Positions 8,355 through 18,387 of a stretch of DNA of 64,000 nt are shown here, piece after piece. Each line of letters begins with the position of its first letter. The first letter of the stretch is position 1. Location: the NCBI GenBank assembly GCA_902512585.1, contig CABXJW010000001.1, positions 8,300 through 72,299 on the forward strand. The letters run 5' to 3'. The notes below the pieces were generated by a model, which saw only the letters and a program-made list of their open reading frames with translations, did not search any database and had not been told where the DNA came from. The stretch comes from an uncultured Woeseiaceae bacterium. GTDB lineage: Bacteria; Pseudomonadota; Gammaproteobacteria; Steroidobacterales; Woeseiaceae. Position numbers and translations under genes: made by a program.

Positions 8355-9634
8355 TGAAAATACAACCAGAGCAACATACAAACTCTTATTATGCTGCCAC
8401 AATCGAAACTTCAACTGACTACCCCAAATTAAAGGGACATCAAAATACAGATATATGTATTGTAGGTGCTGGCTTTAGTGGTATCTCTACTGGATTACAT
8501 TTATCCGAATTAGGTTACAAGGTCACCTTAGTGGAAGCCAATAAAGTTGGTTGGGGAGCCTCCGGAAGAAATGGCGGTGAAATTATTGGTGGCTTTTCTG
8601 GTGATGAACTAATGGCGAAAAAATATGCCACAAAACACAGAGATCTAATTTGGAAAATGCGCTGGGAAGGTAATGATATTATTCGTAATAAGGTGCAGCA
8701 ATATTCAATAAATTGTGATTTAAAATGGGGCTACCTAGATGTCGCGATAAAGAAAAAACATTTGGATATGATGCAATCATGGTCTGAAGATATGCGTTCG
8801 CATGACTACCCTCATGAGGTTAATTTATTCTCAAAAGAAAAAACGGCTAATCTTATTGGGACAAATAAATATATTGGCAGCTTATTAAATATGGGAAATG
8901 GGCATATCCATCCATTGAATCTTTGCATTGGGGAAGCAAGGGCAGCAGAATCACTAGGTGCTTCAATCTATGAACAGTCTCCCGTGATTAAAATAGAAAA
9001 ATCAACCAAACCAACGGTTTTTACAGAACAAGGTAGTATCTCTGCAAATGCTCTATTGCTTGCCGGAAATGCATACCACCATTTTGATAAAAAAATGCGT
9101 AATTTTATTATTCCTGTAAACAGTTTTGTCATTGTTACAGAACCACTTTCAGATGAGGTCATTCAAAAAATTAATCCGCGAGACCTGGCTGTTTGTGACC
9201 CTAATTACATCCTGGAATACTTCAGATTAACTGGTGACAAGCGATTATTATTTGGTAGTCGACTAAATTACCATGGTAATAATGAGTCTTATATCAAGAA
9301 TGGACTGCGCAAGAAAATGTTACGTTTATACCCGTGCCTTAGTGAAATAGGCATAGATTATGCTTGGACGGGTAAAATTGCAGTTACAGTGAATCATATT
9401 CCGCAACTAGGAAAGTTAGCGCCTAATATTTATTATAGCCAGGGCTACTCAGGGCATGGAGTAACAACAACTCACTTAGCTGGCAAAATTATGTCAGAAG
9501 CAATCTCTGGAACATTAGAGCGTTTTGATTTATTTAATAAAATTAAACCAATTGCAGTCCCAGGTACCCACTTTTTCCAGAAACCTTTATTGTCTCTCGG
9601 TGTTATGTTTTATAAACTCAAAGATCTTTTATGA
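8354..9634 (+). CDS. FAD-dependent amine oxidoreductase (DAO family, gamma-glutamylputrescine oxidase-like)
   Basis: 426 aa. Dinucleotide-binding motif DICIVGAGFSGISTGLHLSELG. DAO-family length and C-terminal GYSGHGV motif. Its ATG overlaps the upstream TAA (TAATG). Confidence 0.8.
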   Translation: MKIQPEQHTNSYYAATIETSTDYPKLKGHQNTDICIVGAGFSGISTGLHLSELGYKVTLVEANKVGWGASGRNGGEIIGGFSGDELMAKKYATKHRDLIWKMRWEGNDIIRNKVQQYSINCDLKWGYLDVAIKKKHLDMMQSWSEDMRSHDYPHEVNLFSKEKTANLIGTNKYIGSLLNMGNGHIHPLNLCIGEARAAESLGASIYEQSPVIKIEKSTKPTVFTEQGSISANALLLAGNAYHHFDKKMRNFIIPVNSFVIVTEPLSDEVIQKINPRDLAVCDPNYILEYFRLTGDKRLLFGSRLNYHGNNESYIKNGLRKKMLRLYPCLSEIGIDYAWTGKIAVTVNHIPQLGKLAPNIYYSQGYSGHGVTTTHLAGKIMSEAISGTLERFDLFNKIKPIAVPGTHFFQKPLLSLGVMFYKLKDLL

Positions 9635-9647
9635 ATAAATAATAATT

Positions 9648-9724
9648 GGTGGTGATGGGTGGACTTGAACCACCGACCTATGCGTTATGAGTGCATCGCT
9701 CTAACCACCTGAGCTACATCACCA
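9648..9724 (-). tRNA. tRNA with CAU anticodon: elongator tRNA-Met, or tRNA-Ile2 if C34 is lysidinylated
   Basis: The reverse complement reads GGTGATGTAGCTCAGGTGGTTAGAGCGATGCACTCATAACGCATAGGTCGGTGGTTCAAGTCCACCCATCACCACCA. It has a 7-bp acceptor stem, a CTCATAA anticodon loop and an encoded CCA. G1-C72 and an A/T-containing anticodon stem rule out the initiator. Confidence 0.9.
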
Positions 9725-9802
9725 TTATAGATTATTTGAAAAATGAATCAGAATTGTCCGTACATGATTATCGTCTGTCAATAGTTGTAATCATATTAAT
9801 AA

Positions 9803-10891
9803 TTATACATTAAATCTAAAATGCATGATATCGCCCTCTTGGACGATATATTCTTTTCCTTCCAATCTCAAAACTCCTGCTTCTTTAGCTCCTTGCTCGC
9901 CATCTTTTTCTATATAATCAGAATAAGAAATTACTTCAGCACGAATAAAGCCTCTCTCAAAATCAGTATGTATTTCTGCTGCAGCTTTGGGGGCTGTTGC
10001 ATTCTTTTTAGTGGTCCATGCTCGAACCTCTTTGGGTCCTGCAGTAAAAAAAGTTTGTAGTCCTAATAACTCATATCCACCTCTAATAAACCGGTTAAGG
10101 CCTGGCTCTGCCAAACCGAGATCAGACAAAAAATCGCCTTTATCCTGCTCATCCAATAATGCAATTTCAGATTCAATAGCAGCACAAACCTCAATAACCT
10201 CTGATCCCTCCTCTTCACCTAATTTCTTAAGAGCCTCGAGATGTTTGTTATTTTTTGAATTCTCATCAATATTTGCGATATACATAATAGGTTTGGCTGT
10301 TAGCAACTGTAATTCACGAATAATATCCATTTCATTTTGCTCTAAAAATAGAGTTCTAATAGGTTCTCCACTATCAAGATGGGTCTTTACTTTATTTAGC
10401 ACATTATTCTTTAAGATAGCTAGTTTCTCATTAGTTTTAGCATTTCGTTGGGCCTTATATAGTTGCTTTTCAACTGATTCCATATCCGCCAATGCTAATT
10501 CCGTGTTGATTGTCAAAATATCATCAATAGGATCAATTGAGCCTGATACATGAACAACATCATTATCTTCAAAGCATCGAACAACGTGAGCTATGGCATT
10601 TGTTTCTCTAATGTTAGCTAAAAACTGATTTCCCAAACCCTCACCTTTTGATGCACCTGCCACTAATCCAGCAATATCAACAAACTCCATAGTCGCGGGT
10701 AATATTTTTTCAGGATTCACAATCCTAGCTATCTCATGAAGACGCAAATCAGGCACCTGAACAATTCCCACGTTTGGTTCTATCGTACAAAATGGATAAT
10801 TTTCAGCAGGTATCTCGGCAGCTGTTAAAGCATTAAAGAGTGTTGATTTACCGACATTCGGAAGCCCTACAATGCCACATTTAATTGTCAT
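9803..10891 (-). CDS. ychF: Ribosome-binding ATPase YchF
   Basis: 362 aa. GIVGLPNVGKSTLFNALT P-loop, a TGS-type C-terminus, and synteny with pth. Confidence 0.95.
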   Translation of the reverse strand: MTIKCGIVGLPNVGKSTLFNALTAAEIPAENYPFCTIEPNVGIVQVPDLRLHEIARIVNPEKILPATMEFVDIAGLVAGASKGEGLGNQFLANIRETNAIAHVVRCFEDNDVVHVSGSIDPIDDILTINTELALADMESVEKQLYKAQRNAKTNEKLAILKNNVLNKVKTHLDSGEPIRTLFLEQNEMDIIRELQLLTAKPIMYIANIDENSKNNKHLEALKKLGEEEGSEVIEVCAAIESEIALLDEQDKGDFLSDLGLAEPGLNRFIRGGYELLGLQTFFTAGPKEVRAWTTKKNATAPKAAAEIHTDFERGFIRAEVISYSDYIEKDGEQGAKEAGVLRLEGKEYIVQEGDIMHFRFNV

Positions 10892-10893
10892 AT

Positions 10894-11493
10894 TTAATCG
10901 CCATCTTTTTTATAATTTTCTTGAGTATGCAATTTTTTCATCGCACTCTCGACCCCTTGTTCAATCAATATTGGGATTATTTTTAAAGCTTGATTTATGT
11001 TCTGATGTGCTGCTATCTCTTGCTCTTTAGTTACCTTACGTAAAACATAATTAATAACCTCATCTTTACAACCTGGGTGTCCAACACCAATTCGAAGTCG
11101 CAAAAACTGATTATCACAATGAGAAATAATATCTCGCAATCCATTATGCCCACCATGACCGCCAGCAATTTTCAATTTTAATACTTCTGCGGCTAAGTCA
11201 ATTTCATCATGAATGACTAATACTTGATCAGTTGGAATCTGGTAATAATTCAAAACAGCCCTGATTGGACTACCACTCTTATTCATGAAACTTTGAGGTT
11301 TAATTAACCAAACATTTTGCTCAGATATAGTCACCTTAGTAATTTCAGTATCAAATTTTGCTTCATAAGAAAAAATTCCTCCATAATTGGAGGCTATTTC
11401 GTCCACACAAGCAAACCCTACATTATGAAGTGTATCTGTATAACGTGGGCCTGGATTACCAAGCCCGGCAATTACTGAAAGTTTACTTATCAT
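10894..11493 (-). CDS. pth: Peptidyl-tRNA hydrolase
   Basis: GLGNPGPRYTDTLHNVGF and GGHGGHNGLRDI motifs. Lies 2 nt upstream of ychF. Confidence 0.95.
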   Translation of the reverse strand: MISKLSVIAGLGNPGPRYTDTLHNVGFACVDEIASNYGGIFSYEAKFDTEITKVTISEQNVWLIKPQSFMNKSGSPIRAVLNYYQIPTDQVLVIHDEIDLAAEVLKLKIAGGHGGHNGLRDIISHCDNQFLRLRIGVGHPGCKDEVINYVLRKVTKEQEIAAHQNINQALKIIPILIEQGVESAMKKLHTQENYKKDGD

Positions 11494-11627
11494 AAATCAG
11501 TTGGTGGTTTAACCTAGTAAATAACAACTAATCATCGGGAATGAATTTTATTCCATCAGAAAATTAAGTTAATTTACTGACCCTCTTCTGAATAGGTGAT
11601 AATTTTTAGCACGAAGCTAAGTTAGAT

Positions 11628-12344
11628 TCAGCCTTCGCTCTTATCACTATCAGAAGTATCACTAGAATCATCGCTGGACTCTTCACCTGATGATTCTGCC
11701 GCAGCTTGATCATCAGTTGATTCACCGTCTGCATCTCCTTCTTCATCAATAATTTCTTCTTCAATAATTTCTTTAATTTCATGAATTGAAACAATAGCTT
11801 GATCCTGCTCAAGAAGTATTTCTGAAACTTCTACACCCTTTGGAAGCGAAATATTAGATACGTAAAGCATTTGATCAAGTTCAAGTTCGCTAATATCAAC
11901 TTCCAAGAATTCCGGTAAATCCTTTGGAAAACATGAAACTTCTATTTCAGTCATCAAACGAGAAACGCTACCACCACCGATTTTAACTCCAACCGCCTCT
12001 TCTTCTCCCAAGAAATGAATTGGAATTTGCATACGGATTTTTTCATCTTCAACAATTCTTTGCAGGTCAATATGCAAGATTTGTTTTTTTGAAGGATGTC
12101 TCTGAATATCTTTCACAATTGCAGCACGACTTTTATCTCCAACTTTAATAGTTAGAATACTGGAATAAAATGAAGCATTTTCAAGTTCACGAAGTACTTT
12201 ATTATGATCAAACATTAATGCCCTTGGCTCACGACCGGCACCATAAATAATTGCTGGAACTTTCCCTTGATGACGTAGGCGGCGGCTCGCTCCTTTCCCT
12301 CGGTCATCACGCATTTCCGCAATAAGATTAAACTCATCACTCAT
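11628..12344 (-). CDS. rplY: 50S ribosomal protein L25 / general stress protein Ctc, with a long acidic C-terminal tail
   Basis: RRLRHQGKVPAIIYG N-terminus and two-domain Ctc length. GGAGA RBS. Synteny prs-rplY-pth. Confidence 0.9.
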   Translation of the reverse strand: MSDEFNLIAEMRDDRGKGASRRLRHQGKVPAIIYGAGREPRALMFDHNKVLRELENASFYSSILTIKVGDKSRAAIVKDIQRHPSKKQILHIDLQRIVEDEKIRMQIPIHFLGEEEAVGVKIGGGSVSRLMTEIEVSCFPKDLPEFLEVDISELELDQMLYVSNISLPKGVEVSEILLEQDQAIVSIHEIKEIIEEEIIDEEGDADGESTDDQAAAESSGEESSDDSSDTSDSDKSEG

Positions 12345-12487
12345 GTTATATCTCCATAAATAACTGATTTATATTATAATTTTTATCAACCTATTTCGCG
12401 ACCAAATTAAGTTGAGGTGCGCATCATAGCCTAAAGCTTGCCCTGATGAAACACTGATATAAAAATAATAACCTACAGAAAGGGTAA

Positions 12488-13426
12488 TTACTCTAAATAT
12501 AGGGAACTAACTGACTCTTCTTCGCTGATACGACGCATAGTTTCACCCAATAATTCAGCTGTGGATAACTGTCTAATTTTTGAGCAGCTGGCTGCTGCTT
12601 CATTTAAAGGTATAGTATCTGTTACTACAACTTCATCTATTGCTGAATCTATGATTCTTTGCACAGCCGGTCCTGATAATACCGGATGAGTTATATAGGC
12701 TTTTACAGAAGTTGCGCCACATTCTTTCAGTTTATCAGCTGCATGACATAATGTGCCTGCTGTATCGACCATATCATCAATCATAATACAGTTTTTATTT
12801 TCTACATCGCCAATTATATTCATTACTTCAGACTTATTCGCTTTAGCTCGCCGCTTATCAATAATCACTAGATCGGCATTATCCAATCTTTTTGCTAACG
12901 CCCTCCCTCTCACTACTCCACCTACATCTGGAGAGACTACGACAGTATCTGAAAGATCATTTTTCCAAGCATCTCCCAATAAGATAGGAGAGGCATAAAC
13001 ATTATCAACAGCTACATCAAAAAATCCTTGGATCTGTTCAGCATGAAGATCCACAGTTAACACTCTGTCAATTCCAGCTGCTGCAATTAACTTTGCTACT
13101 AATTTTGCTGTTATAGGTACTCTTGATGACCTCGGGCGACGATCTTGCCTTGCAAAGCCAAAGTAAGGAATGACGGCTGTTATTTGAGCTGCTGAAGCTC
13201 TTCTGCACGCGTCAGTCATTACTAAGAGTTCCATTAAATTTTCAGCAGCAGGCGGGCATGTAGATTGCACGATATACACATCTTTACCACGAATATTCTC
13301 TAAAATCTCAATATTAAATTCACCATCACTGAATCTACTGGTATGAGCTTTAGTGAGGGGTATATGAAGAACTTTTGCAATATCTTGCGCTAATTTCGGA
13401 TGGGCGTTACCTGAAATTACTGCCAT
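12488..13426 (-). CDS. prs: Ribose-phosphate pyrophosphokinase
   Basis: [36 protein letters not shown] and DDMVDTAGT motifs. I prefer the ATG at 13426 ([17 protein letters not shown] aligns with canonical Prs N-termini) over the TTG at 13456. Confidence 0.9.
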   Translation of the reverse strand: MAVISGNAHPKLAQDIAKVLHIPLTKAHTSRFSDGEFNIEILENIRGKDVYIVQSTCPPAAENLMELLVMTDACRRASAAQITAVIPYFGFARQDRRPRSSRVPITAKLVAKLIAAAGIDRVLTVDLHAEQIQGFFDVAVDNVYASPILLGDAWKNDLSDTVVVSPDVGGVVRGRALAKRLDNADLVIIDKRRAKANKSEVMNIIGDVENKNCIMIDDMVDTAGTLCHAADKLKECGATSVKAYITHPVLSGPAVQRIIDSAIDEVVVTDTIPLNEAAASCSKIRQLSTAELLGETMRRISEEESVSSLYLE

Positions 13427-13514
13427 TGATGATGAATCCAATATTCTACTCCTCAATTATATTTACTACATCAATTCTAACACAATCCTCTAAAGTGCCT
13501 GAAAATACTGTAAT

Positions 13515-13589
13515 TGGCTGGGGTGGCAGGGATCGAACCTGCGAATGACGGGATCAAAACCCGTTGCCTTACCACTTGGCTACACCCCA
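13515..13589 (-). tRNA. tRNA-Gln (UUG)
   Basis: The reverse complement reads TGGGGTGTAGCCAAGTGGTAAGGCAACGGGTTTTGATCCCGTCATTCGCAGGTTCGATCCCTGCCACCCCAGCCA. It is close to E. coli tRNA-Gln, with anticodon loop TTTTGAT and an encoded CCA. Confidence 0.95.
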
Positions 13590-13671
13590 TTCAAAACCTG
13601 TGCATTATCTGAGAAAAGGTAATTGTGAAGTCCGTATTCTCGCGTGTCAAACAACATTATTATATTCATGC

Positions 13672-14226
13672 TCATAATTGCCAATTATCAATAAATAATC
13701 TTAAATTAAATTGGCTATTCGTTAGTTGAATGTTTTTGGGTAACGTATATGAGTTGCGAGTTTGAAATTCATTAATTTGAATTTGCCATTTATTCTGAAT
13801 AAATTCATGAGAATTCTGATCTAGTATCAAATAATTGTATGGCGAAGCAGGATTTGGTTGCCCTAAGAGCCAATATCTCAAATCTGAAATTAAAACGTCC
13901 ATATTTATAATTCTCTCAATATCTGCAATATTCTCCCTACCCTTGATTGTTGTAATTTCAGTGCCTGTTCCTTCAATAGTAGCCAAAGTTCGTCCAAATG
14001 AACCACTAATTATGCATATGAATTTATCACCCTCTTGATACCATTTTATTCTTGCATTTAACGCCTCGTCATCATGCTTAATTGTTATCCGGCCAGTCAT
14101 TTTCCAGATGCTTGGAATAAGTTGATTTTCTCTGTCTTTATTGTAAAAGTTATCATCATGAGCGATATTAACAGCGCATCCCTGAATATTAATAAGACAG
14201 GTAATGATGAGTAATAATCGGATCAT
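13672..14226 (-). CDS. lolB: Outer-membrane lipoprotein LolB
   Basis: 184 aa. Lipobox LINIQGC. The size and the position between the TPR gene and prs match the conserved gammaproteobacterial hemA/lolB/prs neighbourhood. The sequence itself is weakly diagnostic. Confidence 0.65.
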   Translation of the reverse strand: MIRLLLIITCLINIQGCAVNIAHDDNFYNKDRENQLIPSIWKMTGRITIKHDDEALNARIKWYQEGDKFICIISGSFGRTLATIEGTGTEITTIKGRENIADIERIINMDVLISDLRYWLLGQPNPASPYNYLILDQNSHEFIQNKWQIQINEFQTRNSYTLPKNIQLTNSQFNLRLFIDNWQL

Positions 14227-14239
14227 TTTTTTAATTTCA

Positions 14240-15928
14240 TCACTCCCAAATTAATGGATATCTATTATAAAGCTCATTTATATAAAGATTATCAGGATAT
14301 TTATTCTTAGCTTCATCCATAAGTGCACTAGCATCCGAGGTTTTATTCGTGGTCACTAATACTTCGATAATATGTGACATAATCTCTGGATCCTCATAAA
14401 GTGAGAAAGCCTTTTTTAATTCAATCAAGGCTTTACTATATTCACCAGTTCGATACAAAATCCACCCATAACTGTCAATGATGGCAGGATTTTTATCATC
14501 GTACCTCAATGCTTTTTTTATGAGCGTTAATGCTTTTTTGTAATCATCAGAATAATTCGTGAGTACATAACCATAAGCGTTTAAAATATCTGGGTTCTTT
14601 GGGTGGCGTTTTTCCAGAAGAGAGTATTGATGTAATGCTTCTGAAATGTGATCTGCATCAAGAAGAAGTTCAGCGAACCTGAGGCCAAAGCTATAATCGT
14701 TTGGATAATAGGAGATTAAGTTTTTATAAGCCTCACGAGCTTCAATTTTCTGATCTAGACTAACTAATAGACTTGCTTCGGCAATAAGCATATCACGCAT
14801 ATATTTTGGGTATTGTTGACCAAAATTTCTCAAATGATTAATTCCAGCCTCTCCTGAATTTAGACTAATCATCATATTACTTACTTTAATTTGAGAATAG
14901 ACAGCATTTATTCCTGATTGTACTCCCCTATAAAATTCAAGAGCCTTGACTTTATTACCTTTGATTTCACTTATTCTTCCCATATAGAATTTAGCATCCA
15001 TTGGGTATAAATCACTCTCTAGTAACTCACTAAAGTCTAGCCAAGCTGCATCATAATCTCCTAATCTAAAATTTATGATTGCCATCAGCCTGACTGCCTC
15101 AGGTTGATTATTTTTTTCTAATAAAATTTGACTCACCTGACCTAGAGCATCATCCAGACGATCTGAGGACATATAAGCTAATGCTAGCTCTATCCTAGCA
15201 GCAGAACTTGGATTAATCTGATTTCCGATATATTCAGCAATGTAGTTTATTGCTTGCTCATTTTTATCTGAAAGAAGAAGAATTCGGGTAATCAGTAACT
15301 TTGGTTTTTCCCATTTCTCATCAAGAGTAATTGCTTTTTCAGCATATCTGAGTGCTGCATCATAATTACCATTCTGCATCAAGGATGATGCATATGCATA
15401 TTGCACATACTCAGATTTATTATAAATCTTTGTAAAATAATATATTAAATTATTTAACTTATTATAATCCGCTGTAGTCAGATACGGTATAACCGCTAGG
15501 AAAACTTCATCTGCATTACCTTCATTCTTGGCTAATAGTTTCTTCAGATTATTTTTTGCAGCAATTATTAAATTAGCATCAATCTGCCTATTTATAAGGA
15601 ATAATAGGGCTGAATCACTATCACTATCTAGATATAACCAACGTTTTGCCAATGAAAGAGCAATGTCATCGAAATGATAATTATTTGCTAACCAGGCAGC
15701 TTGCTTTGTCAGCATTACATCATTACTTGACTCGGATGCCCTTACATATGCTTCGATTAGTTTTTTATAATTGAATTCACTCAGCGCAATTTCTGCCTCA
15801 TTTAGATGCGCTCGCGTAGTCTGATTTTCATCTTGCGCTTGAAGATTTATCGATGATATAAATGAAAATAGCAATACTGAAAAAACTGATAATAGTATTG
15901 ATTTAATTGATTTTTTTTCTATATTCAT
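14240..15928 (-). CDS. Exported tetratricopeptide-repeat protein (conserved neighbour of hemA/lolB)
   Basis: 562 aa. N-terminal signal peptide and many 34-residue A/Y/L-patterned repeats. Occupies the same position as the TPR gene between hemA and lolB in pseudomonads. Confidence 0.7.
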   Translation of the reverse strand: MNIEKKSIKSILLSVFSVLLFSFISSINLQAQDENQTTRAHLNEAEIALSEFNYKKLIEAYVRASESSNDVMLTKQAAWLANNYHFDDIALSLAKRWLYLDSDSDSALLFLINRQIDANLIIAAKNNLKKLLAKNEGNADEVFLAVIPYLTTADYNKLNNLIYYFTKIYNKSEYVQYAYASSLMQNGNYDAALRYAEKAITLDEKWEKPKLLITRILLLSDKNEQAINYIAEYIGNQINPSSAARIELALAYMSSDRLDDALGQVSQILLEKNNQPEAVRLMAIINFRLGDYDAAWLDFSELLESDLYPMDAKFYMGRISEIKGNKVKALEFYRGVQSGINAVYSQIKVSNMMISLNSGEAGINHLRNFGQQYPKYMRDMLIAEASLLVSLDQKIEAREAYKNLISYYPNDYSFGLRFAELLLDADHISEALHQYSLLEKRHPKNPDILNAYGYVLTNYSDDYKKALTLIKKALRYDDKNPAIIDSYGWILYRTGEYSKALIELKKAFSLYEDPEIMSHIIEVLVTTNKTSDASALMDEAKNKYPDNLYINELYNRYPLIWE

Positions 15929-16033
15929 ATTTGAAATAACTTTCTTTTAAAAATGTTAATTGCAAGACAAGCAAAGCACTATACCGCTAGTTGTTTTATG
16001 ATACTTCTAATTTAGATTCTTTTTTAGAAAACA

Positions 16034-17287
16034 ATGACATTTAATATTCTTGGATTAAACCATAATACAGCACCTCTTATAATAAGAGAGCGCCTGGCGT
16101 TTTCAAATGAGGAAACTCTCGATGCTTTAAATGAAATAAATGCTATCGGGTCAGTAAATGAAGTAGTTATCCTGTCCACATGTAATCGAAGTGAGCTTTA
16201 CCTCAACTCTGATGAAAAAGGATTAGCTCAGGTTAAGGCCTGGTTGATTAAATATAAAGACATCAATGAAGAAACTGTTGCGCATCTATTCACCAAAAGC
16301 GGTGAAGAAGCAATTAATCATATAAGTCGAGTCGCTTGTGGCTTGGATTCAATGATTCTTGGTGAGCCACAAATACTCGGTCAACTAAAGGAAGCTTTTC
16401 GTACTGCCCAGGAAAGTGGAACTATTAAAGATATATTAAATCCATTATTTGCACATGTCTTTTCAGTGGCAAAAAAAATACGAACCAACACTGAAATTGG
16501 TAAAAGTCCTGTCTCTGTTGCTTATGCGGCTGTCACATTAGCAAATCAATTCTTTTCTGGCTTCAAACAACATACCGCTCTATTAATTGGTGCCGGAATG
16601 TCTATTGAATTAACAGCAAAACATCTAAAAAATAGAGGGATTGGTCGACTCTTCATCGCAAATCGTGATTTTGAAAAAGCACAAAAACTAGCTAAAAAAT
16701 TTAATGGATACGCTATCGATTTAAATGATATTGATGGTATCTTAGAAGCAGCAGATATACTTATTAGCGCAACTTCAAGTCAAAAATACTTAATTACCAA
16801 ACTACAAATATCAAAAGCAATAAAAGCACGTAAAAGACGACCAATTTTTGCAGTAGATATTGCTGTGCCAAGAGACATGGAACCCACAATTGCAGATCTT
16901 GAAGATATATATATATATACCATCGATGATCTAGAAAAAGTCATCCTTGAGGGGCAGGCAAACCGTCAAGAAGCAGCTATTCAAGCTAACAATCTTGTAT
17001 TAGAAGAATCTTCTAGATACATGGAAAAACAAAAAATGCTATCCATTAATTCAAAAATTATCGCCCTAAGAGAATATGGTGAAAAGATTAAACAGGAGAT
17101 TTTAAAACAAAGTCGCAAGCAATTAAAAAAAGGTGATGATATTGAACAAGTATTAGAAAAGAATACCTCAACAGTAATCAATAAATTAATGCATTTACCA
17201 AACATAAAGTTAAAAAAAGCGGCTAAAGAATCTGACACAGAATCCATTCAATTAATTTCCAGATTATTTGATCTGGATGATAGTTGA
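16034..17287 (+). CDS. hemA: Glutamyl-tRNA reductase
   Basis: [11 protein letters not shown] active-site motif, [10 protein letters not shown], and [20 protein letters not shown] motif. Confidence 0.95.
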   Translation: MTFNILGLNHNTAPLIIRERLAFSNEETLDALNEINAIGSVNEVVILSTCNRSELYLNSDEKGLAQVKAWLIKYKDINEETVAHLFTKSGEEAINHISRVACGLDSMILGEPQILGQLKEAFRTAQESGTIKDILNPLFAHVFSVAKKIRTNTEIGKSPVSVAYAAVTLANQFFSGFKQHTALLIGAGMSIELTAKHLKNRGIGRLFIANRDFEKAQKLAKKFNGYAIDLNDIDGILEAADILISATSSQKYLITKLQISKAIKARKRRPIFAVDIAVPRDMEPTIADLEDIYIYTIDDLEKVILEGQANRQEAAIQANNLVLEESSRYMEKQKMLSINSKIIALREYGEKIKQEILKQSRKQLKKGDDIEQVLEKNTSTVINKLMHLPNIKLKKAAKESDTESIQLISRLFDLDDS

Positions 17288-17295
17288 GAAAAAAT

Positions 17296-18387
17296 ATGAA
17301 AGACTCAATAAAAAGAAAGTTAGAAATAACCAGTGAGAGAATGGAAGAAATTTCAGCACTCTTGGCAGATTCAGAAATAATTTCTGATCAAAACAAGTTT
17401 CGTGAATTATCACTCGAATATGCTCATATTGAACCAATCATAAAATTATTTAATGAGCATGAAATATTGAGTAAAGATTTGATCGCTGCAGAAGAAATGA
17501 TTAAAGATAATGATTTAGATATCCAAAAAATGGGTGAAGACGAAGCAATAATTCTAAAAGAGAAAATCATTATATTAATGATAGAAATAAATAAATCTCT
17601 TATTCCTGTCGATCCTCATGACGCAAGTAATGTTTTTCTTGAAATTAGAGCTGGTACAGGTGGTGATGAAGCGGCAATATTTGCTGGCAACCTCTTTCGA
17701 ATGTATTCAAAATATGCTGAAAATAAGAAATGGTCTACTGAGATAATCACTATGCGAGAAGGTGAGCATGGAGGTTATAAAGAAATTATATCTCGAATTT
17801 CTGGAAATAATATCTTTTCGAGACTTAAATTTGAATCAGGAGCTCACCGCGTTCAACGAATTCCTCTTACCGAATCTCAAGGCCGTGTTCATACCTCTGC
17901 GTGTACAGTTGCAGTTCTCCCGGAAGCTCAAGAAATTGAAGAGGTCACTATAAACCCCAGTGATTTGAGGGTTGACACATATAGAGCATCTGGGGCTGGT
18001 GGACAGCATGTAAATAAAACCGACTCTGCAGTTCGTCTGACGCATATCCCAAGTGGTGTGGTTGTTGAATGCCAAGACGAAAGATCACAGCATAAGAATA
18101 AGGCAAGAGCAATGTCTCTATTGCAAGCTAAACTTCTGGATGCTGAACTGTCTTTACAAGCTAATGAACAAGCCCAAGAAAGGAAATTACAAGTTGGTAG
18201 CGGTGACAGGTCTGAACGGATCAGGACCTATAATTTTCCTCAAGGAAGAATAACTGATCACAGAATTAATCTAACATTATATAAATTAAATGAAATTATT
18301 GAGGGTGATATTGATCAAGTTATCCAACCTTTAATCGATGAATACCAGGCTGATCAATTAGCGAAAATTAGCAGTGACAATTTCTAA
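17296..18387 (+). CDS. prfA: Peptide chain release factor 1
   Basis: GGQ motif ([11 protein letters not shown]) and RF1-type PxT-region context. I use the ATG at 17296; the TTG at 17284 overlaps the hemA stop. Confidence 0.95.
   Translation: MKDSIKRKLEITSERMEEISALLADSEIISDQNKFRELSLEYAHIEPIIKLFNEHEILSKDLIAAEEMIKDNDLDIQKMGEDEAIILKEKIIILMIEINKSLIPVDPHDASNVFLEIRAGTGGDEAAIFAGNLFRMYSKYAENKKWSTEIITMREGEHGGYKEIISRISGNNIFSRLKFESGAHRVQRIPLTESQGRVHTSACTVAVLPEAQEIEEVTINPSDLRVDTYRASGAGGQHVNKTDSAVRLTHIPSGVVVECQDERSQHKNKARAMSLLQAKLLDAELSLQANEQAQERKLQVGSGDRSERIRTYNFPQGRITDHRINLTLYKLNEIIEGDIDQVIQPLIDEYQADQLAKISSDNF

Noticed and set aside
9987-10553. 188-aa plus-strand ORF inside ychF
   Set aside because: It is antisense to a very well conserved gene, its composition is S/F/I-rich and low-complexity, and it has no recognisable motif or RBS. 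This is a typical shadow ORF in AT-rich DNA.
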